A DNA stretch of 60,637 bases, filler included, from Hausera hauseri (Eukaryota): NCBI GenBank assembly GCA_046269625.1. It is 11 parts of 11 records of this genome, joined end to end, with 100 filler letters (N's around TTAATTAATTAA, not from the genome) between each part and the next. Parts side by side here need not be neighbours in the genome. Positions count along the whole stretch, not along the records: positions 41,742 to 46,954 come from JBJURY010306054.1; positions 47,055 to 51,321 come from JBJURY010667664.1; positions 51,422 to 56,323 come from JBJURY010397478.1; positions 56,424 to 60,637 come from JBJURY010696882.1; 7 more parts are not named here. One strand, written 5' to 3'. Shown here piece by piece: positions 46,501 to 59,230 of the stretch. The notes below the pieces were generated by a model. That model saw nothing but the letters and a program-made list of their open reading frames with translations. It made no database searches and was not told the DNA's origin. The stretch's first letter is position 1, and each line of letters opens with the position of its first letter. The position numbers were made by a program, and so were the translations under genes.

Positions 46501-46899
46501 CACATGGATACCTCGGACTATCCGAAGAATCATCTCAACTATTCAATAGCCAATAAGAAAGTCCTTGGGAAATTCAAAGACGAGGGGAATGGAGCAATCA
46601 TCTCAAGGTTTGTATCACTCAGATCTAAAATGTATGTTCTAGACGTATATGGGCAGATCAAAAAGAGAGCCAAGAGCGTTCAAAGGGCTACCTTAGCCAA
46701 GAATATCAGTTTTCAGGATTATGTTAGAGTTCTGCAGTAGCAGACTCACAACATATCAGAAATGAGAAGGATCCAATCTAGGAATCATAATATTTAAACA
46801 GTAACTCTGCACAAAAAAAGATTAGATTGGATGGAAGACAAGAGGCATATCCTCAGCGATGGAATCCACACATTGCCTCATGGACATGTGGCATTGTAA
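43558..46899 (+). pseudogene. pPolB: Protein-primed family B DNA polymerase of Polinton/Maverick-like element type, with an endonuclease VII-like insert; decayed
   Basis: SGWTL, GSSYIQLP, HYVWIKNFERL, IYCDFEA, DHSHFTGKYRGAACNICN, PVVFHNLSGYDSHF, KGVFPYDY, IRGGI, YLDAN, KLYNNSVFGKTMEN, NTDS, LGKFKDE, LRSKMY, DKRHI..DGIHTLPHGH. Many stops and frameshifts. Confidence 0.92.
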
Positions 46900-47054
46900 A
46901 TATTTTTATTCAATGTTTAATAAATGTGGTACAGAAATATCGTGTTGTTTTCCTNNNNNNNNNNNNNNNNNNNNNNNNNNNNNNNNNNNNNNNNNNNNTT
47001 AATTAATTAANNNNNNNNNNNNNNNNNNNNNNNNNNNNNNNNNNNNNNNNNNNN

Positions 47055-47300
47055 ACAGCGTCACAGAGTGTCTCATAAGGTGTTGAGGATTGTAGCAGCT
47101 CGGAGATATTATTAATTTGCTGCTTGACGTTGGCAGGAAAAAACTAAAAGGCTATTGGCTCGCACAAAAGAATCTGTGATGTTATTCGATTTTAGCCACT
47201 GTTGGTGAAATTGGAGCCATGGTTTGCTGGAGTTGTTTTTATCAAGGATAAACTCCGCAAGGCAAATTTAGCGAAACTCGAGCCTGTTGGGAGTGTGTCA
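47055..47300 (-). pseudogene. gag: N-terminal gag fragment of another CsRn1-type element (leader probably extends to ~48050)
   Basis: Hand translation DKNNSSKPWLQFHQQWLKSNNITDSFVRANSL matches DKQHSTRTWLEFHVQWLKSNIITDPFFKANSL of 24331..25020. Confidence 0.7.
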
Positions 47301-48086
47301 AATTATAGATGTTGCCTGTATTTGTGGATTTATCATCCCAGCAGGATGGATTTGGATCCGATTTACCCCGGAGACGAAAATTGAGCATAAGGTGGATGAC
47401 TGGACGTTCATGGCATACAAAAAATAACAGTGAGTCGACAGGATGTACAGTGATATCTCGATGTGTAAAATAGAAGTTGGCAGTGTCGAGTGGGAAGGAT
47501 AGGGAGGTGTATAGTAGCTGCGCCGTGGAATTGAGTAGAACCTTAATGGTGGTTATGTAATGAATGTTATTGAAGATAGGGAAGGGGAGTTGCAGCGAAT
47601 CAATTCCAGGAGAATGGTAAAATGCAAAAGGAGCTTGTGCGGTTGGCTTTCGTGTTAACAATAGATGTTGGCGTGCAGCCGGGATAGCGGTGGCAAGTGA
47701 TGATTGGAGTAAAGGAGTATCCACAGCATTATGCTGAAAAACCTTCTAAAGTGAAAAATGGTGTGAGCTATGAAGGATTTGTAAATGTGAAGAACATGGC
47801 CGCACCGGTCGGCATAAATCAGTAAACAAAACCTCACCCACCTGTGTTTGAATCTGAGTCCTGGATGTCAAATTTGGCCACATTTGAAGTGTTTTCCCCA
47901 GTGGATTATCCTTGTTGATCAGATGGACGTCGGTCTCGTCGATACCTCTCGAATGTTGGTTCTTTCTTTTAATTAGATTGTTACCGAGAGGCCTTGAGAG
48001 GATATTGTGAAGAATATTGACGAATTTGAAACCCGTTGACCAATTCTCACTACTCCAGAAGTGCACAGTATTGTAAGCAAATTTAC

Positions 48087-48735
48087 CACCTTTAGCTAAT
48101 TTGTACAGAAAGGTTATATTTAGCAAAAGGGAAATATTTTCTTTAATAGGATTAATTTCATCTTCAACCATACATGCCATGTGGCATATTTCAACTTTGA
48201 GAGCGACATCTTTCTCGTCGAGCAATTTGTAAAAATTAGTACCTAAAACAGTTCTCGGAGTACAATTAGTGATAACACTCAATATCGAACAGGCCAGAGC
48301 GCACCAATCATAGGTGGCAGTTCCACGACCAAGTTCATCGTTGAGTAGAAAGGAATTTTCCGACATATAAGCTAAAATATTTTCTGTCTCGTTTAGTTCA
48401 ACTTTCAATGTCGATTGATTCGGCCCATTCACATCATTGGCCTTTTGACGGGTGAAAAGTCTATCAACTGGAGTCAAAATAGCGGGATTCTCAGCTGGAG
48501 TCGAGTAACCGAGTTGAGATAGAATGATTAATAAAGCAGTTAGTCGCATGAGAGTAGACTTTTTACCCATGTTCGGCCCGGTCAATAACATAACTATCTT
48601 ACATTTCGATAATAACTCAGATTTCTCTATGCTGTAGTGGCTGCCTAACTTTACATTGTTCGATATGAATTCCCCCGTTTAAGTTTTTTCTTCACATGGA
48701 TACCTCCATTGAATAATGCTAGGAAATATTCTTTT
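48087..48735 (-). pseudogene. MSH6: MutS-family ATPase C-terminal fragment (MSH6-like)
   Basis: RYPC...GEFISNNVKLG; LLTGPNMGKKSTLMR; LTPVDRLFTR; DELGRGTATYD; HMACMVE...NITFLYKL. Degenerate Walker A and an in-frame stop. Confidence 0.8.
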
Positions 48736-50565
48736 CAATATTCGTTTCAATCGGGTATCTCCGGCCAGAATTAATACAAACTCAATTGACCTCAGTCCAA
48801 AGTCATAATGGTGTTGAAACGACAACTGATCATTGTACAATCGGTATAGATTTGTGACTTTGCTGCTCAACGGTCTGGCTGAAACAAATCCTTGGGAGAA
48901 CAGAATAATTTCACTCATCAAGTCATAATCAGGGACCATCATGACAACAGGTCGAAAGACAGAATTTAAATTATTAAATAGAGTATAACAGCCTGCATAA
49001 GACGGATTCATCGAGATAGATATACCACAACATGGATTTAGTTTGATTTCGTTGTTTTCAAATATACATCTCTCGACTTTTGCGTCTTTCTCACACTTCA
49101 GAGAATATATTTGTGCAGCAATAACGGACAGCACTTCCAAGTTCATTTGATGGAATTCGTCAAAGCAACACCAAGATACAATTTATATTATTTCAGAAAA
49201 AAATTTCGCTACTATAAAATTATCCAGTTTCTCCGAACAGTTGAAAACTATGCACTGTCACTGTTGGAATCTTGTTATCTCTGTTTCAAGAATATAAGGG
49301 AAAAGATCAACTGAACAAAAAACCAACGTATGTGGGCGTCGGATCTGATCTATCCACACCCAGAAATTCGACGCCACTAATGAATACCCACGCTTCTTCT
49401 GTAACAAAGACAATGTTACCCGAACCATTTTCTAACAGTGGAAATTCAGAACAACCGAAGAACTAGATTCATTAAAACACGTGTTTATCAATTGATTTAA
49501 ATTCTATTATCTATTTTTTTGTGGTTACCGTGTCTCTTTTTTTACTAAACTTAAACAATTGTCCTCTTTAATTATTTTACAACTTAATGAAATAAAACAG
49601 CTAAGTCGGATAAAACTACTGTACAAAAACTATTGAACATACCAATGAAACTTTCCTGATTAAAAAGGTATTATAACAAAATTTAAACAGACTATAAAAC
49701 ATCCATTTACTGTTATACAAAATATACCAAATACAACCATATAAGAGTTACAAAAGAAATTCAACAACAACAAAAAAATATTATAATCAATGATGTCGAT
49801 GAGGGAGACTGAATCCATCCACGGACACGAACCCACGCTCCCAAGTACACTGTCCATAAACACAAAATATCTAATTGCATCCAATAAAACACCACGATGT
49901 TGAGATCTATGTCTGATTCAAAAGACAGAGTTACATCCGCGCCCACGGTCGCGGCACCACAGTCGCCTTACGGCTTTTGCGAGATCTTCTATTGTTTCGG
50001 TCAATCCAGTTCCTGCGTGTCCTTTCGCATTGCCACCAGGATTGAAATTTAAAGCACCTGTCATAGTTACATAACATCTGTCTGTTAATGGGGTTATTAC
50101 AAGACGCTGTGAACAAAGCAAATATTTGTATCCATATTCCAAAATTGTGTCACCTTGCATCACTGTGTACTCGCTAGAGCGTTCGTTCCAATAATATGGC
50201 AATTGTTTGTTCAATTCAAACTCTGATGACGAAGAGACCTTATTTACTACCAAATATCGGATAATATTGCGATTATGAAGTACTGTTATAATAATCGCTT
50301 CCATCTCCAATTCCATATTGATATCATTAACACTGGTGATAAAATACGTATCTATGGCCAAATGCGGAACAAGTAGAAATTCAAGTTTTGTATAGGCCTC
50401 CTTGACTTTCTTCAGCATTATTTCCAACGTCATTTCATTGTATGCAAAATCGGATATTTCAATAATTGTAGATTTATTAAATAACACCTTGGACAACATT
50501 AGATTACCAATTGTAAATGTTTTGTTCTTTGATATGGATACGTCAATAAGATTCTCTATATTCAA
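48736..50565 (-). pseudogene. Dynein heavy chain fragment (start of linker region + AAA1), internally deleted and split by a solo LTR
   Basis: YGYKYL...RLVITPLTDRCY...GHAGTGLTETIEDLAKA | QCIVFNCSE...WCCFDEF...LEVLSVIAAQI...MNPSYAG...FRPVVMMVPD...QHHYDFGLRS; P-loop K>L. Confidence 0.88.
49262..49961. mobile_element. Solo LTR (700 bp) with a 5-bp TSD
   Basis: GTCAC|TGTTG...CCACA|GTCGC. Removing it restores dynein AKAVRRQCIVFNC in frame. Confidence 0.85.
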
Positions 50566-50632
50566 CCAATGTCTTTTCTGTAGATTTGGATTATATAATG
50601 CCGTGATAACGGGTAATGTCAGTAGGGGAAAT

Positions 50633-50946
50633 ATGCCGATCCTGCGCCACCCCCGGGGTACCCCCCCGGTAGCAGAACGAAGCGTGACTTATGAGCAAAA
50701 AGGTTGTGGCTTGGTAGATTCTGTTACGAGGATTTTAAAACTCACGGTGCACGGTGCACGGTGCACCCCATAAGTAGGCGAAGTGCGCAAGAAAAAGCGG
50801 ATGTTAGAAAGAAATAATGCACGGTCATGTGTGGCACATAGAAATGATGGGGTAGGCATAGTGCATTGAACGGTTAAGGTGCGAATTCCGTCAGATGAAA
50901 GGAGGCCCCGTGGGGGGATGGGGGAAAAGTGGCGCAGGATCGGCAT
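50633..50946. repeat. GC-rich segment bounded by a perfect 18-bp inverted repeat (MITE-like)
   Basis: ATGCCGATCCTGCGCCAC (50633-50) and GTGGCGCAGGATCGGCAT (50929-46); no clear TSD. Confidence 0.55.
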
Positions 50947-51421
50947 GTGGTTCCTGACGACGGCGGAAGCGTTATGAACCAACGGACAACGGTTCCGTAA
51001 GGTTCGGTCGATGACTAGCCGAACTGAACGGGAATAAACGGTGCATGATGCACGGATCGCGGTGCACGTTTCCGTGTGTGTGTACTTATGAAGGCGGCCG
51101 GTGTCGAGTAGCACAGCAAACGAAAGCCCAAGGTGCGGGCTATCTGATACCGGTGTCCGAATGGAAATAACCGCATCGGAAACGGCGGTTCAAAGAGAAA
51201 CATCGAAATTCATCGTGACCGGATTCGATCGATCGGTCATCGTCTGCTGAGTACGACAATGTGTGTCGCAAAGTTTTTACGCATCTCCATCAACGTACAG
51301 AAGAGGAAAAACGAATTGTCTNNNNNNNNNNNNNNNNNNNNNNNNNNNNNNNNNNNNNNNNNNNNTTAATTAATTAANNNNNNNNNNNNNNNNNNNNNNN
51401 NNNNNNNNNNNNNNNNNNNNN

Positions 51422-54400
51422 ACAAGAAATATTTCCTTGGTTCGTAAGATTTATGATCTACGATTGGTTTATCCTTGATACTTCTCACTATCTCCTGCTC
51501 ATCCTGTCTAAGCTTGCTTTCTTTAGCTGCTGGCTTACATCTATTCACATGTACTTTGAATATAGTATTATTCCTCTTTAAACAGAGATTTGGTAGGTCC
51601 ACTTTCTCTACTTCATATGGACCTTTATACGGTCTATCCAATTTGGATGTTTTTCCCTTTTTACTTAGTGGCATATGCAACATCATTTTATCTCCGACTT
51701 TAATCTTAGGTTGTTTCGTTTTTTCGTCATAATACTTTTTGTAAGTGACTTTATAATCCTTTTGATTTTCCTTCACTATCTCATAGGCTAATTGTAATCG
51801 TTCCTGCATTAATAATTTGTATTCTTCTACCTCCATTAGATGAGATGTGGGCTTTACGTTAAAATCTAAATCGATAGGTAGTCGAGCATCTCTTAGGTAC
51901 ATCAGATAAAATGGTGTTTCCTTGGTGGCTTCATGCACTGATGTTCGGTTGACGAATACACAGGCGTTAATGTATTCATCCCAATCGTCTTGTCGGGAGC
52001 TAACAACCGTTTGTAATTTGCTTTTTAAATCACCAATATATCTTTCTACCATTCCATTGTTTTCTGGATGTCCTGGGGTTGAGCGTAACTTTAGAATTCG
52101 CATAATGTCGTATATCGCCTGCATTACGTTACCAGTAAGATTAGATGCTTGATCTGTTAATAAGATTCTTGGAGCTCCATAATTGAACACTATATTTTCC
52201 ACAAATTTTTCAGCTATTGTATCTGCTTTTGCATCTGCCATGGGTAGTGCTACTACCCATCTGGTAAAGTAGTCTATGAAAACCAGAATGTATTTATTTC
52301 CGTTTCGTGTTAGTGGTAATGGTCCTGTAATATCCATAGCTGTGAACTCAAATGGCGCTGGCGGATTATCCCATACTTTGAGGGGGGCTTTGAATTTTGA
52401 TCCAGTATTCTTACGCGTGGCGCAGAGTTTGCAGCTATTGCACCATTCTTGTACATCCTTTATTAGTGTGGGCCAAAAATATTTCCTTTTTAATTTGGCT
52501 ATCGTTTTTCTTGCTGATTGGTGACCACCTAATAGTCCGTCATGGTACTGCGTCAATAACACTGTTCTGTTCTTTTCGGGAATTACTAAGGTTGGTCCAT
52601 TTTGGTGGATATAGTATAAAAACCCATCTTTTTCTTCATAGGCATCGCTGAATCGGGCCAAGTGTCTAGCTAATTCTCGGTTTGATGGTAATACTTTATT
52701 CTGTATATAATTTCTAATTGCCTTTATTTCCATATCTTCCTGTTGGTTCTGTTTTATTTTCTCTACAGACCCATCCATGCTCCATACCGCAGCAACCACT
52801 TCTTTTATCTTGGGGGTTTCAGGCATTCTTGATAAATAGTCCGCATTCGCATTTCGTGTTCCTGGTTTGTACTGAAAGTTTAACGTATAGGGCTGTAATT
52901 TAAGAGCCCATCGTAATAATCGACTATTTGGGTTTTCGTGCTGCTTCAACCATTGCAAAGGTCGATGATCTGTATATATCAGTAGTGGTTTATTCTCACT
53001 AATATATGGTGAGAACACTTCTAATGCAAATATTACGGCTAATAATTCTTTTTCAATGACCGCATAATTCTTTTGGTGTTTATTTAACTTTCTCGAGGCA
53101 TAAGCCACGGGATGTTCTTTTCCGTCTTCGCCTTTTTGGGATAGGACTGCTCCTACTCCATAGTCACTTGCGTCGGTTGCCAATATAAAGGGTTTGGTCA
53201 TATCGGGATAAATTAAGATAGGAGCGTTCAATAATCTTTCTTTTAATTCCTCAAAGGTTCTTTGGCAGTCGGTTGTCCATACTACTTTTTCTAAATCTTC
53301 GCGTAGTAACTCGTATAAAGGTTTAGCTATTTTGCTGAAGTCTTTTATAAATCTTCGATAATAATTCGCTAATCCTAGGAAGCGGCGTAGTTCATTTACT
53401 GTTGTTGGTTTAGGGAAATCTTTTATTTTTCCCAAAAGCCTGTCTTGTGGTTTCACACCGTGTCTATCAACTCGGTGTCCAAGGAAATCAACTTCTGCTC
53501 GGGCGAATGAACATTTCTTAGGGTTTATTTTTAGACCCATTATTTCGCATCTATCAAAGAGGTCTTGCAAGTCCTTTAAATGTTGTTGAAAGTTTGATGA
53601 TGCTATTATGACATCGTCGATATAAACCATGGCATGTGGTGCGTCCAATAGTAATAATTCAGTCCCTCTTTGGAATGTTGGTGGTCCATTCTTCAACCCG
53701 AATGGCATTCTATTAAATTCCCATAATCCTTCACCTATCGAAAAAGCAGTCTTGGGCTTATCTTCTTCCTTTACTTCTACCTGCCAGTACCCTTTTTGTA
53801 AATCGATAGTGGTAAATATTGTTGATCCATGTAATTTGTCCAATATTTCGTCGATTCTTGGCAGCGGATAGGTATCGGTCTCCGTTATTTCATTTAAGGC
53901 TCTATAGTCTATGCAGAATCTCATAGCTCCGTCCTTTTTCTTGACCATTACTACCGGTGCCGTCCATGGTGAGCAACTTGGTCGAATTATCTTATTTTCT
54001 CTCATTTCCTCTATAATTTTCTGAGCTTCTTGCTTTTTATCGTACGCTAAACGGTATGGTCGTTTCTTTATCGGTTTATCTTGCCCTTCTTTTAACTTAA
54101 TCACGTGCTGGATTACTTTCATTGTGCCTAGATCATAGTCATTTTGGGCAAATCTTTCATTGTTCTTTTCCAATAATTGAATTAACATTCTTCTTTCATC
54201 TTTAGTTAATATTTCACAGTCACCTAATCTTTCTTCCCAATTAATTTTTATCTTTGTATTTCCCTTTTCTTTATTCGTTTCCCTCTTCAATTTCTCTTTC
54301 ATCATTTTTTCTATCTTGTCTACGTCTGATATAATCGAATTAATTTCTTCTTTTTGTATCTCTTCAATTTCAGTTACTTCTCCCAATCTTGTGTTTTCCT

Positions 54401-54809
54401 TTAGTCGTTTTTCGTTATTAGCAGCATTGCAAATTCGTAAGTGGATCTTTCCGTCTCTCACTTTTTCCACGTGTGGAGCAATAATTACGTTATATTTTTC
54501 CATTGTTTGTGCGAAAGGTTCAAAATATATATATGTGGTGAGTAATCTGTCTTCTATTCGACCGGGTACTATTATTTCGGAGCGTGGTGGAATTATGACA
54601 TCTTTTGTTAGCGAAACTGATCCTTTGTGTTGTTCCTTATTAAAGGTTTTTAATTGGCTTGTCTTTAAGTCAATATAAGCATTCTCTAACTGATTTAATA
54701 CGTCACATCCAATCAGTATATCGTTAGTCAAATTCTTGGCTACTATAATAGTATAGTTTATTATTTGGTTGCCAATCTTAATTTTTACGTCCAATAATTC
54801 CCACAACAC
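51422..54809 (-). CDS. pol: Uninterrupted Gypsy pol (protease C-half, RT, RNase H, integrase), same clade as 39692..41641
   Basis: ILIGCD; RFCIDYRALN; YIDD; ATDAS; HDGLLGGH...CKLC; MDITGPLP. Its C-terminus LHMPLSKKGKTSKLDRPYKGPY...KVHVNRCKPA is very similar to the start of 39692..41641. Confidence 0.95.
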
Positions 54810-54965
54810 GTAGTTGCATAAATGCAGCGCCGTATCAGTCAGTAATCAGAAGTTGATGTGCTCTGACTTCTTGAGGTGCTGCTCGGACCGGTGTTATGTG
54901 ACTGCTAACCCCCCCTGCATGCGGCAGTTTGCTCTCACCCCAAATAAACAAAAAGAACACAGACA

Positions 54966-55668
54966 ATAGGAAAGTGAGTTTTTAATGAGAGTTGGCTGGA
55001 TATAAAGGTTTTTAGGACATGGTTGGAAGCGGTCCCCAGCAATCGGTATGAAGCCTGATGTAAGCTCTGCAGGAAGACCATCCAGTTAGGGACCTTGGGT
55101 ATGAAAGCGCTGGAATCTCATTCAAAGGCAGCGAAACACCAGCTGACCTCGAACAGTATTCAGAAAAGTTGAGCAATTACTCAGTTTTGTTCTCCACCCC
55201 CACCATCGTTGTCAGTGGCTGGTTCCTCTGGACTCCAACACAGCGTTACATCCACGTCGCCGAACGACCTGCGTGCTGCATTTGGATCCAGCGAAACATC
55301 AAAAGCGGAGGTGCTTTGGATCCTTCACTCGATCACAAAACATGTCTTATAACAGCTGCAGTGATTTTAGCAGCACATTCCAGGCAATGTTTCCTGACTC
55401 AAACATTGCTAAAACATTTTCATGTGGAGCAAACAACATTTCTTACATAGCGAAATTTGACTTGGCAGACTTCATCAGGAAAGAGCTGACACGCACAGTA
55501 ACCGGGTCATATGTGGTCATGTTTGATAAAAGCCTCAATACGACCTCAAAATCCAAACAGCTTGACCTTCATGTTTGGTTCTGGGGTGATGGAAAGGTGC
55601 AAACAAGATACACGGGCTCTCAGTTCATGGGCCATGGAAGAGCGGAGGACCTTCAGAAACATTTGGAA
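54966..55668 (+). mobile_element. hAT-like DNA transposase remnant (N-terminal zinc finger + start of catalytic domain)
   Basis: FNESWL...WLEAVP...CKLCRKTI.LG.LG.KALESH...KH; MFPDSNIAKTFSCG; VVMFDKSLN...KQLDLHVWFW; FMGHG.AEDL. Ends at a GTAAGT donor; contains stops. Confidence 0.7.
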
Positions 55669-56565
55669 GTAAGTGATTACCAATTTATTCACATTGTACT
55701 GTAATCTATTGCTATTGAGGGGTCCATGTAGACATGGGTTGAATCCAGGTTGTCTCCCAAAAGTTTTAGTTAATCTTCAAACATATGTTCAGCATGGATA
55801 GATTTTTACATAAACACACTTTGATTAGGATACTGATTTAATGATAAATGCATATTAGAGTATATGCATTTCCAGCAAAAATGCAGTTTAAATGAGATTT
55901 TTCCAAATGCAGCATGGCAAATGATAATGGCACAACACAAAACAGGTGGTCATAGTTTTTTTTTCCACTGTGCATTGGCTGAGACTGATTTAATTGTGAT
56001 TCTATGCCAACTCTGTAATGTGGAAGCCATGGATACAAGCAATCTTCATAAATATGGTTGAAGTACCTGATTCTACTCACTACTTTACGGTTTGACCATT
56101 ACAGCAACCAATAAGCTTATGATTAGATGTGGACTGATAAAATGCAAGGACAAACTCTGCTACTGACTGTGGGTGATATCATACTTTTACATTACAGTGA
56201 GACCAGACTGCTATCATTTTTATAAATATTTTTTTTCATGCATTGTCTGGACGGTTTGAAAAGCCCTGAACTATTTTTTATTAATACAGTATTGGTATTT
56301 AGCAAATGCATTTAGCCAAAGCANNNNNNNNNNNNNNNNNNNNNNNNNNNNNNNNNNNNNNNNNNNNTTAATTAATTAANNNNNNNNNNNNNNNNNNNNN
56401 NNNNNNNNNNNNNNNNNNNNNNNTTGCGAATGAACAAAGAAGAAATTCCACGCTTGGAAATGGCAACCCAAACTAAGATTTTTAGAAAAATTTTTACCAC
56501 TTCCAGGCTTTCTCATAACACCTTGTCGTGTCATTTCAATGCCAGCTAACATCTTCACGGTGTCT

Positions 56566-57740
56566 GCACTTTTCGTGCATTTTTTGAAACCCGTTTATAA
56601 CGTTTTTATTTCTTTTATACAGTATCAACAAATGATAATTTTGAAGAAAAACACTGAAACAAGTCAATATTTAGTTGCAAAACCTTTTGCTTTAATAACA
56701 GTTCGGCAACACCGAGGCATACAGTCAATTAAGGAATCGATCATCGTCACTGGGATTTCTGACCAGGCTTTTTGAAGTTGAGCAAACTTCTGATCAACAC
56801 GTTTACATCTAAAATTTTTGATTCGAGTTTCCAACTCCTTCCACATGTGCTCAATGATATTGAGGTAGGGAAATTGACTCGGCCAATCCAAAAGGGTCAA
56901 CTTGGTTTCGGGCAAGCCATACCTGAACATCATGGGATCGATGCTTTGAGTCATTGTCATCTTGGAAAATGTAATTCGGACCGTTTGTTATTGCAGAAGG
57001 GAGCATCTGGTTTTTAAGAATGTCTTTGTAAAGGTGACGATCCATTATACCCTTTATCTGATACAATGGTCCCATTCCTTGCGCTGATAGACATCTCCAT
57101 ACAAATTAGGAACCGCCACTATGCTTGACAGTAGGCAATTGATATTTGGGATCGAATCGTTTGCCTATCGGACGCCTTATCCAAATATTTCCGTCTGTAC
57201 CAAAGAGTAAATACTTTCTCTCGTCGCTCCGCACAACTCGTCCAGTTTAGATGTTCTTTCGCCTACTTTACTCTTGCCTTGCGGTTTTTGATCGAAACAA
57301 ACCGTTTTTTACAGGGCGACTCCCGAAAATTTCAGCTGCTCTTAGTCGACGTTCCACAGTTGAAACGGAAGGAAGTTCTGTTTGTTTTCGTCCCTGTCGC
57401 CGGCCATTAATAATTGCCTGCTGTTTTCTCAACCAAATTTGATGTGCCGAATCGTTTACGCATTCTAAAAAATAAAATTATCGTTTGTTGATACTTTTTA
57501 AAAGAAATAAAAACGATATAAATGGGTTTCAGAAAATGCACGAAAAGTGAAAAAGTGGGTAATATGCAAAATGCACCTCTTAGAGAAAAAACTGGCAAAT
57601 AATAGTTCTAAAAATGGTTTTATTTGATGTACGTAAAATTGTCCTAAAAAACATTTTTGAAAAAAATTGTGATAAAAATATTTGCTAGAAAAAAAGTTAT
57701 TAGCAAAAAACTGAAATATAATTCTTTTTGGACGGTACTG
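56566..57740 (-). mobile_element. Tc1/mariner element remnant with long terminal inverted repeats
   Basis: SDE, PTVKH.GG, FQDDND.KH, WPSQ.P.LNIIEHMW, MPR.C.TVIKAKGFATKY. End CAGTACCGTCCAAAAAG flanked by TA at 57741-42; 56566-56642 is an inverted copy of ~57473-57550. Confidence 0.85.
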
Positions 57741-58249
57741 TAGTTTACTTAAATATTAGTGAAATGAATTTTTATTATGCGTTGATTAGTTTGTAAACTT
57801 TTTAGGGGTACATACTAAATATGCAGTGGGTAATTTGATTGATAATTAGACGAATACGTTGTAGTTTGACATAACATGAATGACACACGGGAAATCGGAC
57901 ATTAGTAAAATATTGGTTGAAGAAAGAAACGAAAGTTTTTTGGAGGGGAAATTGAAGAAGTGCGGAATTACGAATATTCGCATTTCGTAATCTTAACTTT
58001 GATTGCAAAAATGTTTTTCACAACACAAACATTTGTACTTGTGGATATCAAGAAAAAGTTGTTCCACATAAAAAGCACAAAAGGCCCAATTTTTATGAAA
58101 TTTGTCTATTGAAGTTCAGCAGCTTAAATTTTGTTCAACTTGTTAGTAATTTACAAAAAAACCCGGCATATTGAAATTAAAATAAAAAATGTGGAATTCC
58201 GTTCATTTCTTTATTTTTCCCGCATGTTGCGGCTATATTAGTCATCGTC

Positions 58250-59230
58250 AGATGGATCTGTAAATCATTTGAACAAAATTACATCTCTCGAATTTGTAAA
58301 TGATGTCCCTTTAATTTCAAAATTGTGTACGTTTTTGTCTATTTCTTTTTCAGTGTTTTTGATAATAGATAAAAACGTACAAATTCGAGAAATGTATTTT
58401 ATTTTATTGAATATAGTGATTTTGGAAGGAAATTTACACATTTCGTGTGAGGTGATGCTGCCTTCAGAATTGATAATTACAAAAGTACACCTAATCAATA
58501 GTTTTCAAGGTCACTGTCGATGTCTCACGATTTTTTGATTGTTTGTTTGACATGCTATGTTCCAGTTTAATATGAGGCAATTCATCGATAATTCACCGAC
58601 TACATCAACTATGGCAGCCATTATTGAATCCATCTGCACGGGGTTATCTCAAGCTAAGCCGGACAAAACCAAAGCTGGGAAAACAGAGGACAGCATTGAA
58701 CAGGTGGTGGTGCATGTTATTACGTAATTGAATTTTGGCTAAGATGCATACGGAAAATTTGATCACGATCGTCACAAACAGTCTTAATGTGTGCTTACCG
58801 ACTGTGTTAGCACGATTTAGGGCAGGTATGAGCGCGTGGCATGGTGACCATTGTTATCATCGTGTATCTAGATTGTGCCAGATCTGTTTTACAACCCAGA
58901 TTCTGGCCGGTGGTAACTCTTTGCATCAGTGACACCAGTGTGGTTCATGGTGAGTTGCCATTGACAATAGACGAGGTATCTGATGTTTGTATGGACTACT
59001 GGATAACCTATTTGTCAATCTCATAGATACGAATGGAACTTGACGCATTTGGTCAATGGCTCAATCAGTTCCGTTTTGGTGATGTTGCATGTCAAAAATA
59101 TGGACTGTTTACAAAATTCGGCAGTCACGCTCCATCGATTACTGATTTGTACAATTTGCTGCTGGATTCACTTTGCTTCAAATTGTGTCGTAGTGCCAAT
59201 GAAAATATTATTTCTTGGGAACAAGGTTAG
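58250..59230 (+). other. Possible exons of an unidentified host gene or pseudogene with very short introns
   Basis: Candidate 23-27-nt GT..AG introns (gtacgttttt...ttttcag; gtattttatt...aatatag) between coding-like blocks; no recognisable domain. Confidence 0.25.

Noticed and set aside
298-54678. Numerous 60-130 aa ORFs antisense to the TE genes
   Set aside because: Shadow ORFs of K/E-rich coding strands with no recognisable motifs.
8604-56423. Regularly recurring TTAATTAATTAA as a biological repeat or CRISPR-like array
   Set aside because: Always centred in exactly 100-nt N blocks, so it is an artificial six-frame stop linker. No CRISPR array or cas gene is visible.
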